The notes under the pieces: generated by a model | What the model saw: only the letters and a program-made list of their open reading frames with translations | What the model was told of the DNA's origin: nothing | Databases searched by the model: none | Source: a virus | Lineage: Duplodnaviria; Caudoviricetes | Direction: 5' to 3' (one strand) | IMG/VR virus record: IMGVR_UViG_3300044634_000910 | Span: 1-64,000 of that record | Length of the DNA stretch: 64,000 nucleotides | In this document: in pieces, positions 8,359-17,839 of the stretch | Position numbering within the stretch: position 1 is the first letter of the stretch | Layout of the letters: each line of letters opens with the position of its first letter | Translations under genes and position numbers: made by a program

Positions 8359-8485
8359 CTATCTGATATCATAGATATATGAAACCTTTTCTAATCATAA
8401 TGTTAGGCCTATTCTTATTTCTTAACTACATGGCTTATCTTCAACAAATCCGTATGGGTGGATAAAAAACCACGGTATATAAAGA

Positions 8486-8806
8486 TTACGAACACTCCTT
8501 TATAGCCCTATTGACCATACGGATCAACGCCCTACGGGTTATCTTTGAAGCATCAAAGGTCTCTGTGTATCCATTTTGAGGCATATCCGCCTTATCCAGG
8601 AAATGTCCATGTCTTTCCCTTAGTGTTTTTAGTACTATAGATTCGACCTTTCTTGCCTTATCCCGTTCGAAAAAATGCCAATACTTGATCAATATCCAGC
8701 CCTTGGTCCTATGGCTTGCAAACCTTCTACCTGATATGTCTGATATACCTATCTTGACAGCCTTATGTAGTGGGCTGTATAGTATATATAAGACTGTTGA
8801 TTCCAT
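8486..8806 (-). CDS. GIY-YIG/T5orf172-like nuclease-domain protein
   Basis: LYILY...VKIGIS...RRFASH...ARKVES...GYTETF; leaderless start after TATAAT. Confidence 0.65.
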   Translation of the reverse strand: MESTVLYILYSPLHKAVKIGISDISGRRFASHRTKGWILIKYWHFFERDKARKVESIVLKTLRERHGHFLDKADMPQNGYTETFDASKITRRALIRMVNRAIKECS

Positions 8807-8870
8807 GGGTTTATTATACTTGACATACCGTGGCAAATATGGGATACTTAAAATATGAAAGAAGATAATA

Positions 8871-9212
8871 ATGCCTAACAAGAAAAATAAAAAGATAGAC
8901 TGGTCAAATCCAGATAGAAAGATAGATTGGACAAACGCTATAGCCAAGGCTGAGCGTCAATTGGGTAGGAATAAGGCTGCTATTGAGTCATCTGTCATGG
9001 GTACCCCATCAAACTGGTCAAGACCTAACTATAACAAACCTATGGTTGCTCCAGATCAATCCCCTCCAGATGAGAAGGTTAAGAAACCTAAGAAACTAAG
9101 TAAAAAACAACGCAGAGCACACAATAAGGTCTTTGTCCCTCAACAAAAGCAAAAGGCTAAGAGGTCTACGGAAAACCAGGGTTTGCCAATAGTGAAGAAA
9201 GTTAACCAGTAG
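8871..9212 (+). CDS. Basic hypothetical protein
   Basis: 113-aa Lys-rich ORF downstream of a TTGACA promoter. Confidence 0.55.
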   Translation: MPNKKNKKIDWSNPDRKIDWTNAIAKAERQLGRNKAAIESSVMGTPSNWSRPNYNKPMVAPDQSPPDEKVKKPKKLSKKQRRAHNKVFVPQQKQKAKRSTENQGLPIVKKVNQ

Positions 9213-9262
9213 TGCCCGTTTAGGGCATAGGATGGTTTATAACTTCTATTTTGCGCCGAACT

Positions 9263-9595
9263 TTAAACCTCTTTATTTTTTTTATTTTTATGGTATTCCA
9301 TCGCTTCACCGCCGACAAATCGTGGATTGTCTGGATCCCATGACTCAGATGCCAGGTGTGAAACAAACTTACCGCAAGGACACAGCCCTGGAGCGCACTG
9401 ACATGTCTTGCTTGGGTCATTAAGATCTATTTCTTTTGCACCTGCTGGGCGTAGTGGATGAGGCAGTTTGTCTTTGTTTGCCTCTGTTAGCAGCACAAGG
9501 ATTGTATCTTCATTGCAGTAGTTACAAAAAGGCATTTCTCCTGCCAACGGTGTTATTGTATTACCACATATCATACACCTATAGGACATTTCCAT
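9263..9595 (-). CDS. Cys-rich hypothetical protein
   Basis: CMIC, CNYC and CQC..CPC motifs; AGGAAGG RBS. Confidence 0.55.
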   Translation of the reverse strand: MEMSYRCMICGNTITPLAGEMPFCNYCNEDTILVLLTEANKDKLPHPLRPAGAKEIDLNDPSKTCQCAPGLCPCGKFVSHLASESWDPDNPRFVGGEAMEYHKNKKNKEV

Positions 9596-9778
9596 ATAGT
9601 GACTACCTTCCTAAACAATATTAACTTATTGTATCATATGATATAATCTATATATGAATAAAACTAAGTGTTTCTTTTGTAAAGAGGATGCAACACATTA
9701 TGATATCGTGGTAGATCACGCTGATTATATTGTTGCAGATGTTTGCTTAGTTCATCTGTCTATGGGCCTTGTATCTTA

Positions 9779-10018
9779 ATGAATAGAAGAATACTTAAAG
9801 ATGGTTCTGAGGTTGACTCTTTTGACAAGCCAGTTGATTTAGTTATTCACACTAAGGCCCCTGGAAAATGGAAACTAATTGATTTAGAAACAGGAGAAGA
9901 GTATCTTGGCTCTGAGATAAGCACTGATTTTGCAGAAGTGCTAAGAGAAAAAGTTAACATTAATAAAATAGGCACTTGGGTAAAAACCAAGTGGAAACAA
10001 AAGCCAGTAGTTGACTAA
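9779..10018 (+). CDS. Hypothetical phage protein
   Basis: MNRRILKDGSEV...HTKAPGKWKLIDLETGEEY; TAATG coupling. Confidence 0.7.
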   Translation: MNRRILKDGSEVDSFDKPVDLVIHTKAPGKWKLIDLETGEEYLGSEISTDFAEVLREKVNINKIGTWVKTKWKQKPVVD

Positions 10019-10045
10019 ACCCTTACTTTAAGGTATACTGAATAC

Positions 10046-10330
10046 ATGGAACAATGGATGAACGACTATGCCTCATATATACTTGTACTAAGTGGCGCTG
10101 CCGCTATGTTTACTATTGGCCGTAAGAAGCGATGGGGTTGGCTTTGGTTTATATTTAATGAGTTTATGTGGACAGCATACGCATTGATTACAAAACAATA
10201 TGGATTCATACTTGGTGCCATACTGTATGGTGTGGTTGGAGTTAAATCATATATAAGATGGAAAGAATTGTCGTTAGACAAGCATTCATGGAACAAATTC
10301 TTAAGATTGGTATGGTCACGCAATGATTAA
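10046..10330 (+). CDS. PnuC-like small membrane protein
   Basis: Three hydrophobic helices, KRWGWLW, YIRWK; TTGACT..TATACT leaderless promoter. Confidence 0.6.
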   Translation: MEQWMNDYASYILVLSGAAAMFTIGRKKRWGWLWFIFNEFMWTAYALITKQYGFILGAILYGVVGVKSYIRWKELSLDKHSWNKFLRLVWSRND

Positions 10331-10529
10331 CATGGAGATTCCTGATCCATTTCAAACCTTTGTAGCCAAGAAATATGCTAACGCTAAGGGTTATGTTCAT
10401 GACTTCTTTACTGGGGAATGGTCTTACAAGTGTTTATCATGTAAGGAAGATCTTTCTGCTCCATCCCGCAAAATTATGACAAAGATTAGATTGTTTCACA
10501 CACGCAACGAATGCCTTGGAGGTTACTGA
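10323..10529 (+). CDS. Small zinc-finger-like protein
   Basis: CLSC...HTRNEC. Confidence 0.55.
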   Translation: MINMEIPDPFQTFVAKKYANAKGYVHDFFTGEWSYKCLSCKEDLSAPSRKIMTKIRLFHTRNECLGGY

Positions 10530-11265
10530 TGAGAATTAAAGTTAATCGTGGTACACAGACTGCTGGCTACTCTATTGGGTTTTATTTATACAATTGGGGA
10601 TATCCTATTGCCAATGAGTGGGAGTTGGGTATATACTTTTTAAAGTGGTACATAGGAGTGGAGTTGTTTAGATGAACGAAGAAGAGTTTGACTTAGAGTT
10701 TACTGTTGAAGAAATGATTAATCTTTATGGTATTAATAGCCTTGAAGATTTAGATAGGATTGACTAATGGATACTGAAGAAGAGTTTAATTTAGAAGACA
10801 TTACGAACGCCATAGTTAATCAGGCTAAGGCTGATGTTAAGTCTAAGTTTGGTAATAAGAAACGGCATAGACAATGATCTGCCCTAACTGTAAAATGGAC
10901 AAAGAAAACATTGAGTACTGGGATACTCATCAAACTATGAGTGATTACAAGGTGTGGTGTGCCAAAAGAGCCTAAGATTACGAAGATGGACTGGAGAGCC
11001 TTGGGATATTGGCCAGTATATAAGGATGGAAAGAAAGTATGGGAAAAAGATGATAACAAAACATCAGAAGACTAAAATAGTTCCACTTAGACTCATTGGA
11101 AACATTTGTGGTGGCTTTGCTGGTAACCATTTATTTAAGGCTATGTGTCTTGATGAAGATGGAGACCATGGTTGGCGTTATAAATACCACGGAAAAATGT
11201 GGGTTATTCTAAACAAACCATACACTTGGTGGGGAACGTACTATATTTTAGAAAGATAGTTCGTT

Positions 11266-11337
11266 GGCTCCATCGTCTATCGGTTAGGACAACGCCCTTT
11301 CACGGCGTAAAGACGGGTTCGATTCCCGTTGGGGCTA
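11266..11337 (+). tRNA. tRNA-Glu(TTC)
   Basis: Anticodon arm ACGCC-CTTTCAC-GGCGT; T arm ACGGG-TTCGATT-CCCGT. Confidence 0.93.
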
Positions 11338-11360
11338 CAAAGTTATGGTATTATGTATAC

Positions 11361-12044
11361 ATGGAAAAAATATACTTAGACGAAAACAAAAAGGTCTGGA
11401 TCATAGAAGACTTTCTAACAAAAGAAGAATTAGACTGGTTTAAAACTAATACAGAAGATGTAAATGCTTGGTATCCAACCATGAGATCACCATACAGAAA
11501 CATACTTAATAAGTTTTTAAATATTGTACCAAAGTATAATGCTGATGGAAACATAGAATTTCCAAATGAAAACTCAGAGGTTTTAGAACTTACAGTATTT
11601 TCAAAGCCTGGAGGAATATGGGATAGGCTGGAATCAGTTCTTCCACCAGGATACAAAAGACACGCAACACTTCAAACATTTAAGTACATGACAGATGAAG
11701 AAATTATTAATAATGCAAATGAAGATCTAATGAAAGAGTATGGCGTAGACAGAAACGAAATTGACTTTGCAATGTATTGGCATCAAGATCCAGGCGTAGA
11801 GCACAACATCTTGGCATCTTTCAGTCTTTATTTAAACGATGATTTTGAGGGTGGTGAACTTGAGTTCATGCACCTTCCAATTAAAATTAAGCCAAAGGCT
11901 GGCATGCTTGCTGTAATTCCTGGTGGTAATGAGTATACACACAGGGTAAATAAGGTTCTTGGGCCAAACTCAAGGCATACTCTTTATGGCAATTCTTTTG
12001 TAGACCTTGCATCTGCGCCTGTAAGCACAGCAGATGACTGCTAA
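11361..12044 (+). CDS. 2OG-Fe(II) oxygenase, prolyl-4-hydroxylase-like
   Basis: WHQD, LYLNDDFEGGEL, HRV...R motifs; the upstream ORF extension overlaps tRNA-Glu, so the start is set at 11361. Confidence 0.85.
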   Translation: MEKIYLDENKKVWIIEDFLTKEELDWFKTNTEDVNAWYPTMRSPYRNILNKFLNIVPKYNADGNIEFPNENSEVLELTVFSKPGGIWDRLESVLPPGYKRHATLQTFKYMTDEEIINNANEDLMKEYGVDRNEIDFAMYWHQDPGVEHNILASFSLYLNDDFEGGELEFMHLPIKIKPKAGMLAVIPGGNEYTHRVNKVLGPNSRHTLYGNSFVDLASAPVSTADDC

Positions 12045-12076
12045 TCTTAAAATAAAAAAGGTGCTATAATAACAAT

Positions 12077-12865
12077 ATGAAATCTATTTACGACATCCAG
12101 TTGGACTCTGCCGAAGGCACTCCAAATTTTCTTGAACAATTTAAAGGCAAAGTAGTTTTGCTAATCAATACCACTGTAGGTTGTGGTAACGCTGGTCAAA
12201 TGGAGTCCATCGAATGGATTCAGGAAGATATGGCAGGAGAAGATTTTACTGTTGTAGCAATTCCTACTAATGATTTCTGTGGTCCAAGCATAACAAAGGG
12301 TAAGTGGTCACAAGGTATTACATGTGGTCTGGACTCTAAGTTATACGGAGAAGATGTTTATGGTGTTACATTCCCATTCTCAGAAATGATCACATCTAAT
12401 CCCGCAGATATTCCATTAGAAGCACCATGGCTTGGCAAGGGTCCAGGACTTAACGGAAACGGTCAGCCTTTTGGAGAAAGACATGAACTTTATTTAGAAA
12501 TCTCTGAGCAGATTAAGGCATTACAGGAAGACAAAAGAGAAAAAGGATTAGTTGAAAAGACAGACTATGAATCAAGATACCTAAATGAGCATAACGGTGG
12601 TGTCATGATGAACGCAAACTTTGAGAAATATTTGATTGATAAGGATGGCTATGTAGTTAAGCACTATCCTGCTACAACATTGAACTGGGATGTAGAGCGT
12701 ACATTAAAGGAAGATCTTGCAGCACAAGGAATTCATGCTTCTATGGGTCCTGACAGATCAGAGTACATCTTCAACGAAGAAAATGCTGTTATCCGTGATC
12801 ACATCGAAAGACTTATGGCTGGCGAACGATCACGCATTAATCCTAACCTTGTTCTATCTAACTAA
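12077..12865 (+). CDS. Glutathione-peroxidase-like protein, long atypical form
   Basis: FKGKVVLLINTTVGCG, AIPTNDF and NFEKYLIDKDG motifs with insertions. Confidence 0.8.
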   Translation: MKSIYDIQLDSAEGTPNFLEQFKGKVVLLINTTVGCGNAGQMESIEWIQEDMAGEDFTVVAIPTNDFCGPSITKGKWSQGITCGLDSKLYGEDVYGVTFPFSEMITSNPADIPLEAPWLGKGPGLNGNGQPFGERHELYLEISEQIKALQEDKREKGLVEKTDYESRYLNEHNGGVMMNANFEKYLIDKDGYVVKHYPATTLNWDVERTLKEDLAAQGIHASMGPDRSEYIFNEENAVIRDHIERLMAGERSRINPNLVLSN

Positions 12866-12883
12866 CAGAAAGCAGAAATTCGC

Positions 12884-13318
12884 ATGAGTATATATGACTT
12901 GTCATTTATTGACAACAATGGTAATGAAATAAAACTGGAAAGTTTTAAAGGAAAAAATGTTTTAATAGTAAATACAGCAAGTCAGTGTGGATACACAAAA
13001 CAGTATGCTGATTTACAAAAAATTCAAAGTGACTCATTAGTTGTAATTGGATTTCCATGCAATCAGTTTGGCAATCAGGAGCCAGGAACAGATCAAGAAA
13101 TTAAAAACTTCTGCACAAGCGTATATGGAATAACATTTCCCATATCTCAAAAGGTAGAAGTAAACGGACCAAACGCTCATCCAATATATAAGTATTGCAA
13201 GGATGTTGCTACTCCAGGTAGAGAAATCGGTTGGAACTTTGAAAAATTCTTAATATCTGTTGATGGTTTGGTCACTCACTACCCCAACTCGTATCCAGTT
13301 TTAGAAATTAAGGTATAA
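12884..13318 (+). CDS. Glutathione peroxidase (Cys type, BtuE-like)
   Basis: NTASQCGYT, GFPCNQFGNQEPG and WNFEKFL motifs. Confidence 0.92.
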   Translation: MSIYDLSFIDNNGNEIKLESFKGKNVLIVNTASQCGYTKQYADLQKIQSDSLVVIGFPCNQFGNQEPGTDQEIKNFCTSVYGITFPISQKVEVNGPNAHPIYKYCKDVATPGREIGWNFEKFLISVDGLVTHYPNSYPVLEIKV

Positions 13319-13325
13319 TGATTTT

Positions 13326-14033
13326 ATGGAAAAAACATATTTAGATGGACAAGTTTGGTACATTGAGAACTTTTTAACTGATGAAGAACTATTAATTTTA
13401 AAGAAGTATTGGGATGCTCCTGGTGCTTGGTATGCAACTATGAGATCGCCATATAAAAACATATTAAACAGATGGCCAATGCATGTTCCAGAGCACGAAG
13501 AAGATGGAACTCTTTCAATTCCTACCAAGGACAGTGTAATGGTTCAAGAAGTCCTTGATCTTTTTTCTAATGAAAATGGTATCTGGAAGAGATTAGAATC
13601 TGTTCTGCCAGAAGGATATGCACCCAACAGCGGAATTCAAACATTTAAATATTGTACAGATGAAGAAATAGAAAGAGATAGGGATGAAAGCATGTCTCTT
13701 GGTGATGCAGAAATGCATGCTATTAGATCTAACCCAGAAGATGCTAAGGACATTGACTATGCAATGGACTGGCATTGGGAGGACACTGGTAAATATGGAA
13801 ACAGAGTTGCATCACACTCTATTTATCTTAATGATGATTTTGAGGGTGGAGAAATAGAATTTAGAAGTGGTCACTCAATTCATCCAAAGGCTGGAATGCT
13901 AATTAATATTCCAGTAGGAAAAGAATTTGAGCACAGAGTTAAAAAAGTTCTTGGACCTAACAATAGACATACTCTTTATGGTCAGTGCTGGTCTACTTCA
14001 GAAGTTCCGCTAAGCACTAAAGATGATTGCTGA
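13326..14033 (+). CDS. 2OG-Fe(II) oxygenase, paralogue of 11361..12044
   Basis: Shares TMRSPY.NILN, YLNDDFEGGE, HRV.KVLGPN.RHTLYG and C-terminal ST.DDC. Confidence 0.85.
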   Translation: MEKTYLDGQVWYIENFLTDEELLILKKYWDAPGAWYATMRSPYKNILNRWPMHVPEHEEDGTLSIPTKDSVMVQEVLDLFSNENGIWKRLESVLPEGYAPNSGIQTFKYCTDEEIERDRDESMSLGDAEMHAIRSNPEDAKDIDYAMDWHWEDTGKYGNRVASHSIYLNDDFEGGEIEFRSGHSIHPKAGMLINIPVGKEFEHRVKKVLGPNNRHTLYGQCWSTSEVPLSTKDDC

Positions 14034-14335
14034 TATAAACAAACAACCTTCTTGACATTGCTTGTGCATCAGTGTATAATTAATATATGAGCATAGATGA
14101 TATGATATTAAGAGAAGAAATTGCACGGGAGATAGAAAATATCTCACTTGGTGAAGAAAACGCACAACTAAATGCATTAGGAATGCGTATGCTTGCTGCA
14201 AAGGTAGCAAGAGGAGACAACAATATGTTTGAGAGACAGGTGGATTTTGAATGATTAACATATTTTTTTTAATTCCTACAATTATTGTAGGGTTTGCTTT
14301 AGGGTTTGTAGCATGTTATTTTAGAATGACTTATA

Positions 14336-14803
14336 ATGTTGATCAAGGTTGATATAAGGCCTACTGCTTACATATTTGACGTTGATGGCACATTGGCTAA
14401 TGTAGATCCCTACCTACACCTTGTTCGTGGCTCTAATAGGGACTACAATGCCTTTCATGAGGCTTCTATAGATGCCCTGCCAAACCTGGATGTAGTTGAA
14501 ATGTTAAATAATGCAGTTGCTGACCGACATTCTATCCTTGTTGTAACATCCCGCAAGGAAAAATATCGTGGACTAACATCTATGTGGCTTGCTAAAAATA
14601 ATATTAGATCTCATGGTTTATTTATGAGGTCAGACGACGATAACAGACCAGACTATGAAGCAAAGAAAGATATGCTTGATAAGATAAGTATCCTTTGGAA
14701 TGTTGTTCATGCTGTTGATGATAACCCAAATGTAATAAAGTTGTGGCAAGATCATGACATTCCTACAACAAAGATTGGCACTTGGGATGGGAACAAGGAT
14801 TGA
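14336..14803 (+). CDS. HAD-family phosphatase (PNKP phosphatase-like)
   Basis: FDVDGTLA, VTSR, FMRSDDDNRPD and VDDNP motifs. Confidence 0.85.
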   Translation: MLIKVDIRPTAYIFDVDGTLANVDPYLHLVRGSNRDYNAFHEASIDALPNLDVVEMLNNAVADRHSILVVTSRKEKYRGLTSMWLAKNNIRSHGLFMRSDDDNRPDYEAKKDMLDKISILWNVVHAVDDNPNVIKLWQDHDIPTTKIGTWDGNKD

Positions 14804-15294
14804 ACTTGTCTATGGATTATGGTATGATTAGTTTATGAGCAAACGAGTTAAGAAAATATACAAGTGCAATGAGTGTGAAACTATGATTACTATTATAACA
14901 AAGGTTCACGAACTTCCAGAATCAATTATCTGTCCTTGTGACAGCGTAGCAGAAAATCAAGGTGCAAAGTGAAAAAGTCAAACGACAAGGTATCTCAGCA
15001 TAAGATTAAGAGAGCAAACAAAAATAAAAAAAGGATACAGGCTAAGCCACATCTTTCAAAGTTTGAACGCACACAGAAAAAAATTAGAGAAGAACTTCTT
15101 CTTGGTGTGTTACGCCCAACATCTAAATAAGATCGGAGTTAGTCGTGGTAGATTACGATAAATTAAAAAAAATTCCAGACGAATTAAAGCATGTAATTAT
15201 TAAAGAACATATGAAAACTTACTATCATTGGACAGTTGGCATTCTTTGTTTCTTAATTGGAACATTCTTTGGCTTATTAATCAAGTAAGGTTTA

Positions 15295-15369
15295 GCACCA
15301 GTAGCCAAGTTGGTTAAGGCACCGAACTCATAATTCGGCTATTCGTAGGTTCAAGTCCTACCTGGTGTA
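15295..15369 (+). tRNA. tRNA with CAT anticodon (elongator Met or Ile2)
   Basis: CCGAA-CTCATAA-TTCGG arm; lacks the initiator GGG/CCC anticodon stem. Confidence 0.9.
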
Positions 15370-15400
15370 CAAAACGAGTGTTAAAGATAGGAGCAAGTTA

Positions 15401-16168
15401 ATGGAAAAGAACGTCATAAAGTTTCATTCTGTTCATCCAGCAAATAATAATAGTGATATGTACAGACCAGAACCCGTTAAAAATCATAAACCACAGTGGT
15501 TTTTAGATAAGGATAAATACTCTAAAGATTCAAATGGAAAATATCGTACAGATCTTTTTAGAAACAGAGAAACCAGGGCATTAGAAATTCACAAGATACC
15601 TTCTTGGAAGTCCTGCCCTGCAATGTTAGATGTTTTTAGTTCTGGATATTATTTATTTACCCCTACAGATATTACATTTAAAGAAAATTTAGAAATAGAA
15701 CATGATGATCAATGGGGAAATGGTGGTGGTGGATGGAAGTTCTGTAGTCCAAGAGGAGTAGAAGATGGAATGCCTCATCCAGAAGGGTATTCTTCTAATA
15801 CCTTCGCTTGGGTTCCTAACTGGAAAATGGAGGTTGATAAAGACTATACAGTTTTGCTTACTCATCCAATTAATATAAATGACCTTCCGTTTAAAACAAT
15901 TTCAGGATTTATTGATGCTTCTAATATTTTAATGGGTACTGGAAATATATCATTTTATATAAAAGAAAATTGGACTGGTACTATCCCAGCGGGTACCCCA
16001 TATGCTCAAGTCATACCTTTTAAAAATGAGTCTTGGTCTTCTGAAATAGTTAACTATACAAATGAACAGATTCAAGAAAATGCACAAAATACATTTGATA
16101 AATATCTTATTGGGCCAGGATTAACAAGATATAAGCAGACTGATTGGTTAAAGAAACATTACGAATAA
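15401..16168 (+). CDS. Conserved hypothetical phage protein
   Basis: KSCPAMLD...GY, HP.N..DLPF and GTIPAGTPYAQVIPF motifs; AGGAG RBS. Confidence 0.75.
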   Translation: MEKNVIKFHSVHPANNNSDMYRPEPVKNHKPQWFLDKDKYSKDSNGKYRTDLFRNRETRALEIHKIPSWKSCPAMLDVFSSGYYLFTPTDITFKENLEIEHDDQWGNGGGGWKFCSPRGVEDGMPHPEGYSSNTFAWVPNWKMEVDKDYTVLLTHPININDLPFKTISGFIDASNILMGTGNISFYIKENWTGTIPAGTPYAQVIPFKNESWSSEIVNYTNEQIQENAQNTFDKYLIGPGLTRYKQTDWLKKHYE

Positions 16169-16177
16169 TTATTTAAT

Positions 16178-16249
16178 ACCTCTGTAACTCAGCGGAAGAG
16201 TAGCGGACTTCTAATCCGTTTGTCGCAGGTTCGATTCCTGCCAGGGGTG
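16178..16249 (+). tRNA. tRNA-Arg(TCT)
   Basis: GCGGA-CTTCTAA-TCCGT anticodon arm; GCAGG-TTCGATT-CCTGC T arm. Confidence 0.93.
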
Positions 16250-16263
16250 CTATAATAGTAATA

Positions 16264-16326
16264 AGGGTGTGGTTAGCCTGTATGTGTCGGGAAACACTTA
16301 TGGCCTATGTTGCAACACCACACCCT
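16264..16326 (+). ncRNA. Candidate small structured RNA
   Basis: 10-bp closing stem AGGGTGTGGT/ACCACACCCT, internal GTGT/ACAC hairpin, TATAAT at 16251. Confidence 0.5.
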
Positions 16327-16327
16327 C

Positions 16328-17071
16328 CTAAAAATTTTTATTCCAAAACAATAGATCGTTATCGTATACTTCTTTATCAGTAAAAAAGTTTTGATATATT
16401 TTTGCAATATCTTTACTGTTTAGTTTATTAAAAAGAAATTCTGAATTATTGTTTTTATAACGCTCTCTGTCGATTAAAGAACTATCAAAGTTTATCTTAA
16501 CACCCAAATCATTTGATATCTTATCTACCAAAATAGAATAGTCCATAGACTTTAGATCTGCATGCCTTATCATTAAATTAGTTCTGTCAAGTCTTTCATA
16601 AAGTAACTCTTTGTCTATAAATGTTCCAAATTTGTTATACATTCTTCTTGAATGCGTAACAAGATTAATATCTTCTGGTGTCAAAATAAAGTTTTGAGAT
16701 TGAAAATCTTTTAAATATTTAAGTTGTTCCATCATGCTAAACAAATATTCTTTATCTATATCTAAAATTGTTGATTTATTATTTATTACTTGATCATTTT
16801 CATGATCTATTAAACCCTTTTCATCTGAAACCATGTGTGCAATTAAACTTGCCATAAACTCTGCAGGGTCTCTAAATATAGAAACAATATATGTGCTATC
16901 ATCAATATCTTTATGCCAGCCACCATGCTTGTCAACATTTTGTGGTAGTTGAAGTATCTTTATGCCATTTTCTTCTAAAGTTCTTTCTATTGGCCTAATT
17001 ATATACTCTGTAAAAAATCTTCCACCCGTTTTTGGAATGTGTAAAAAATAAAACTTATTATATTTTTTCAT
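16328..17071 (-). CDS. Sulfotransferase family protein
   Basis: FLHIPKTGG PAPS-binding motif and SIFRDP. Confidence 0.8.
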   Translation of the reverse strand: MKKYNKFYFLHIPKTGGRFFTEYIIRPIERTLEENGIKILQLPQNVDKHGGWHKDIDDSTYIVSIFRDPAEFMASLIAHMVSDEKGLIDHENDQVINNKSTILDIDKEYLFSMMEQLKYLKDFQSQNFILTPEDINLVTHSRRMYNKFGTFIDKELLYERLDRTNLMIRHADLKSMDYSILVDKISNDLGVKINFDSSLIDRERYKNNNSEFLFNKLNSKDIAKIYQNFFTDKEVYDNDLLFWNKNF

Positions 17072-17201
17072 TATTTTTTTTAGGGTGCTTTGGTTCATAC
17101 GGAGCAACTGCTGACTTTATACGACCATCTTTGTATAATCTAACAATCCATCCATCTTTAATCTGAATAGGGTTAAACGCTGATGCTTTTTTCTTTGGCA
17201 T
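17058..17201 (-). CDS. Small basic protein (47 aa)
   Basis: MPKKKASAFNPIQIKDGWIVRLYKDGRIK; AAGGA RBS. Confidence 0.6.
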   Translation of the reverse strand: MPKKKASAFNPIQIKDGWIVRLYKDGRIKSAVAPYEPKHPKKNNEKI

Positions 17202-17203
17202 AA

Positions 17204-17527
17204 TTATTCCTTAAATAGGCTAGTAACTCTTGTTTGCTTTGAGTAATCTTTTGCTGAAAAAAATATTGATTCATTCTTGGCTACTGGGACACAGTTAGGA
17301 ACTGGATTGCCGTCTGCTCCTGGCTTCATTCCTCTTTGAACGTAGCCTTCCCAACATGGATCAGCCTTCCCTATTGATGAGTCATACATAGCCATAGCAA
17401 CCTCTGAGTCTGTATCTTCTTCTTTAGAACATACTGGATAGTCTGGACAATCTACATTTAGTTGTTTGCAGGTTTCGCAGTCGTATCCTTGATAGGTGCT
17501 TGTTGGCATCATTGAATCATCACTCAT
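17204..17527 (-). CDS. Hypothetical protein with CWxGY...VPNCV module
   Basis: PCWEGYVQRGMK...VPNCVP; leaderless TATACT-N6-ATG. Confidence 0.7.
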   Translation of the reverse strand: MSDDSMMPTSTYQGYDCETCKQLNVDCPDYPVCSKEEDTDSEVAMAMYDSSIGKADPCWEGYVQRGMKPGADGNPVPNCVPVAKNESIFFSAKDYSKQTRVTSLFKE

Positions 17528-17545
17528 ACTATCAGTATATCATAC

Positions 17546-17812
17546 TTAGCCAGCAAGGCGATTGTGTGTTCTTATCCTGTGACAGTTAGCACAAACTACC
17601 TCACACTTTTCTATCTCTTTCTTTATAGCCTTCCATGAAAACCCATCATGGATCATCCTTGACACATTATACTTCTTGTCTCTTATGTGGTCAAAATCTA
17701 AGATAATATGATTACTGATACCACAATCTACACAGCCAGAATCCTCTTTTATCTTAGCAAGCATCTTCTTATACTGCTGCTTATTATAATGGTCTAACTC
17801 TTTGTCAGTCAT
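17546..17812 (-). CDS. HNH endonuclease
   Basis: CVDCG...LDFDH...KCEVVCANCHRIRT. Confidence 0.85.
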   Translation of the reverse strand: MTDKELDHYNKQQYKKMLAKIKEDSGCVDCGISNHIILDFDHIRDKKYNVSRMIHDGFSWKAIKKEIEKCEVVCANCHRIRTHNRLAG

Positions 17813-17839
17813 TGATATTATTATACCGCCAAATGTTAG

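Larger units (their letters stand above)
7520..8360. repeat. Repeat-rich junction region
   Basis: CATATCAAACCTT x2 (7547, 7648), ATTACGAAC x3, TTCCCAGAA x2, many AAACC/GGTTT motifs, TGTGGATAA x3. Confidence 0.6.

Noticed and set aside
11199-11360. N-terminal extension of the oxygenase ORF
   Set aside because: It overlaps tRNA-Glu; the paralogue and the leaderless promoter support ATG 11361.
12077-13318. Selenocysteine recoding in the GPx genes
   Set aside because: The active-site codons are TGT (Cys) with no in-frame TGA.
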